The position numbers and the translations under genes were made by a program. 64,000 bases of DNA, taken from assembly GCA_016191285.1 (NCBI GenBank), contig JACPPA010000021.1, positions 14,473-78,472 on the forward strand. Direction: 5' to 3'. This document shows positions 61,922 to 64,000 of this stretch, in pieces. This stretch comes from Gammaproteobacteria bacterium. GTDB taxonomy: Bacteria > Pseudomonadota > Gammaproteobacteria > Ga0077536. The first letter of the stretch is position 1. Each line of letters begins with the position of its first letter. The notes under the pieces are model-generated. The model saw nothing but the letters and a program-made list of their open reading frames with translations, made no database searches and had not been told where the DNA came from.

Positions 61922-62422
61922 ATGAAGCAAACATTCAAAGGGCGTCTGTTGGCCATTGCGTTTTTGATCGGCATGACAGGCGGGCAAGTCCGTGCCGCCG
62001 ATGATCCCGCTACCCTCGTCGTTAAAGACTTTATCGCGTCTTGGCAAACTTTCGACATCGACAAAATCATGTCTTACATTGCCGATGACTGTTACTACGC
62101 GAACGAGCCGTCGTTGACCGGCGCAAATCCGGTACTGATAGGCCGGGTAAAAATGCGCGAATTCTTGGCGCCATTTTTCGTACGCGACCCCCTCATCGTG
62201 CCGTTTAAATTCCATACTGAAGTTAAAGACACGATCGCCGGCGGTGGTGGCGTCGTCATTCAGCGCGTGGACAATTTTCAAATCGCCAATGGAAAATTCG
62301 CCGTCAAGGTAGCAGGGCTTTTCAAAGTAAAGGCTGGAAAGATCGTTTACTGGATGGATTACTTTGACGGTGGGGCATTCGGGCCGATATCGACCTTGAT
62401 GTCCAATCTTGCAAAGAAATAG
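61922..62422 (+). CDS. Secreted NTF2-like protein (SnoaL / limonene-epoxide-hydrolase-like fold)
   Basis: Signal peptide MKQTFKGRLLAIAFLIGMTGGQVRA, then ATLVVKDFIASWQTFDIDKIMSYIADDCYYANEP... Confidence 0.55.
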   Translation: MKQTFKGRLLAIAFLIGMTGGQVRAADDPATLVVKDFIASWQTFDIDKIMSYIADDCYYANEPSLTGANPVLIGRVKMREFLAPFFVRDPLIVPFKFHTEVKDTIAGGGGVVIQRVDNFQIANGKFAVKVAGLFKVKAGKIVYWMDYFDGGAFGPISTLMSNLAKK

Positions 62423-62544
62423 CGGAACGCCCGACGCCAAGATTTAGGGTAAACGCAACTATCGAATAGGAAAAAGAAAGGCTAAGGAAACGCCGGCTTC
62501 GCCGCGAAGTTCCGGCATCTACTGGCGGCCGTCCTAAATCTCGC

Positions 62545-62973
62545 TCAGATCTTTTCCCAGTCACGCACCGCGCCGGGAACGATCAGAAATAAGGGATGCG
62601 CTTCCGGCAGCGCGAGATCACGAAATTGCCGGCTCATCTGCGGCGCTCTCACGTCCAGTTTGGCTTTAAGGTGGCGCCACTCGTAAAGCAATTGGCCCGA
62701 CGTCTCCGGAATGTGGTCGACAAGTTCCGGTCGCGAAATTTTAGTCGCATCGAAGCGATAGCCGCGGCGCTGCGCTTCTTCGGCGAGACCGACTAAAAAC
62801 GACCCAATGGTCGCAAGCGGATCGGACTGGGCCTGAAAGCGCAGGAGCTGCGGATGATGGCGGTAGCCTTGGGTGGCGCCCGCCAAGACTTTCTGGGCGA
62901 GGAGCGCCTCGCGCCACGCGGCAACCAAGCCCTTTTGATCGAGGTAGCGCGGATGCACGGTCCACAGTCGCAT
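62545..62973 (-). CDS. Pyrimidine-dimer DNA glycosylase (T4 endonuclease V / DenV-like, Pyr_excise family)
   Basis: MRLWTVHPRYLDQKGLVAAWREALLAQKVLAGATQGYRHHPQLLRF matches the conserved family N-terminus. 142 aa. Confidence 0.75.
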   Translation of the reverse strand: MRLWTVHPRYLDQKGLVAAWREALLAQKVLAGATQGYRHHPQLLRFQAQSDPLATIGSFLVGLAEEAQRRGYRFDATKISRPELVDHIPETSGQLLYEWRHLKAKLDVRAPQMSRQFRDLALPEAHPLFLIVPGAVRDWEKI

Positions 62974-63120
62974 TGTGTGTAGCCTAAGAATTTATACTCT
63001 CGGATTCTATAACGATGCTTTTTTGACACTCGGTTTACGCATCCGCGAACGGAGCGTATTGGGGTTGATGTTCATCAAAATAAAAACAGGCATTTTTATT
63101 TTAAAAATGAGGTTGCGAAA

Positions 63121-64000
63121 TTGACGGACGCGTTTTTCGAAAAGCCAATTCTTAATTCCCCTTACGAGTACCCGTCTCGTCATTGGGAACTGGATGAAGC
63201 GGGTCAGCCGACGCACAGCATTATCGAACGCCGGCGCGGTGCCGAATTCATCACCCCGATCCCCAAGCCTAAAAAACGCAAGGGTGTGGCCGAGCAGGCA
63301 TCGTTAGTCTTCGATGAAGGCAGGGGCCTCTCGACTGGCGAGCAGCAGTATGACCACACCGCGATTATTAATTCCGTTCGGCAGCAGGTCGACCAGTGGC
63401 GGCGGCTACCCAGTCCTAATGATTGGCGAGTTACGCCGGAAACGACCCGTCTGCTTCAGCACTGGCGGCATCACAAGTTCAATAGTGTCCGCCCGTTTTT
63501 CTGTCAGATCGAAGCGATCGAGACCGCCATCTGGCTGACTGAAGTCGCGCCCCAGATCGGCAAGGTGGGCGAAGGTTTTCTCCAGCACCTGATCAACGTC
63601 AACCACGACGCGAACCCGGAACTGATGCGTCTCGCGCTCAAGCTCGCCACCGGCGCCGGCAAGACCACGGTGATGGCGATGATCATCGCCTGGCAGACGA
63701 TTAACGCGGTACGCCACCCGCAGAGCAAGCGCTTCACGCGCGGCTTTCTCGTGGTCGCGCCGGGCCTCACGATTAAAGATCGACTGCGCGTTCTGCAGCC
63801 GAACGATCCGGACAGCTACTACCAGGACCGTGAACTCGTCCCAGGTGATCTGCTGAGTGAAGTGAACCGCGCCAAGATTGTCATTACCAACTACCACGCC
63901 TTCAAGCTCCGCGAACGGATTGAACTTTCCAAAGGAGGCCGCGCGCTATTGCAGGGCCGCGGCGAAGCATTGAACACCCTCGAAACCGAAGGCCAGATGC
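63121..64000 (+). CDS. ResIII-type (Type III restriction Res-like / DEAD-DEAH) helicase, N-terminal part; probable TTG start; gene continues past the window end
   Basis: Open frame from 63121 to the window edge. (M/L)TDAFFEKPILNSPYEYPSRHWELDEAGQPT... N-terminus. Walker A LATGAGKTTVMAMIIAW. Preceded by an unusually AT-rich 120 nt. Confidence 0.6.
   Translation, partial: MTDAFFEKPILNSPYEYPSRHWELDEAGQPTHSIIERRRGAEFITPIPKPKKRKGVAEQASLVFDEGRGLSTGEQQYDHTAIINSVRQQVDQWRRLPSPNDWRVTPETTRLLQHWRHHKFNSVRPFFCQIEAIETAIWLTEVAPQIGKVGEGFLQHLINVNHDANPELMRLALKLATGAGKTTVMAMIIAWQTINAVRHPQSKRFTRGFLVVAPGLTIKDRLRVLQPNDPDSYYQDRELVPGDLLSEVNRAKIVITNYHAFKLRERIELSKGGRALLQGRGEALNTLETEGQM

Noticed and set aside
61703-62440. 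245-aa minus-strand ORF
   Set aside because: Antisense to the signal-peptide-bearing NTF2-like gene (61922-62422) and overlaps it completely. No recognisable features.

Overview
GC-rich proteobacterial chromosomal segment (about 65% GC). It carries two intergenic palindromic repeat families: a '[17 protein letters not shown]'-type hairpin (attccggcgaaNgccggaat) and a Pseudomonas-REP-like hairpin (gtgggagcggctttagccgcgaa).

1-8.3 kb is a Type I restriction-modification island: hsdM (5' partial), a frameshifted hsdS, two overlapping genes of unknown function, a RhuM/Fic-family gene and hsdR. Small palindromic elements sit in-frame inside hsdM and hsdR. The island appears to have truncated a SnoaL-like gene at its right edge.

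The rest is mostly metabolic and regulatory. It includes three luciferase-like flavin monooxygenases (two in paralogous hydrolase-monooxygenase pairs), a giant hybrid histidine kinase / REC-EAL / response-regulator operon, dctA, an ~8.5 kb cyclic beta-1,2-glucan synthase, a TPP decarboxylase, a fused double acyl-CoA dehydrogenase, a D-aminoacylase, dps, an ADH / FAD-monooxygenase / lactonase operon, dodecin, glnD and formamidase.

Two further defence-related spots. At 45.1-47.9 kb, MITE-like composite repeats flank a decayed locus holding a multiply-frameshifted N6/N4 DNA methyltransferase and a frameshifted zeta-toxin-like ATPase. The window ends with a T4-endonuclease-V-like pyrimidine-dimer glycosylase and an AT-rich promoter region leading into a ResIII-type helicase gene that runs off the 3' edge.

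The most plausible undescribed module is the two-gene cassette (2435-3645) that overlaps hsdS and is co-embedded with rhuM inside the Type I R-M operon.
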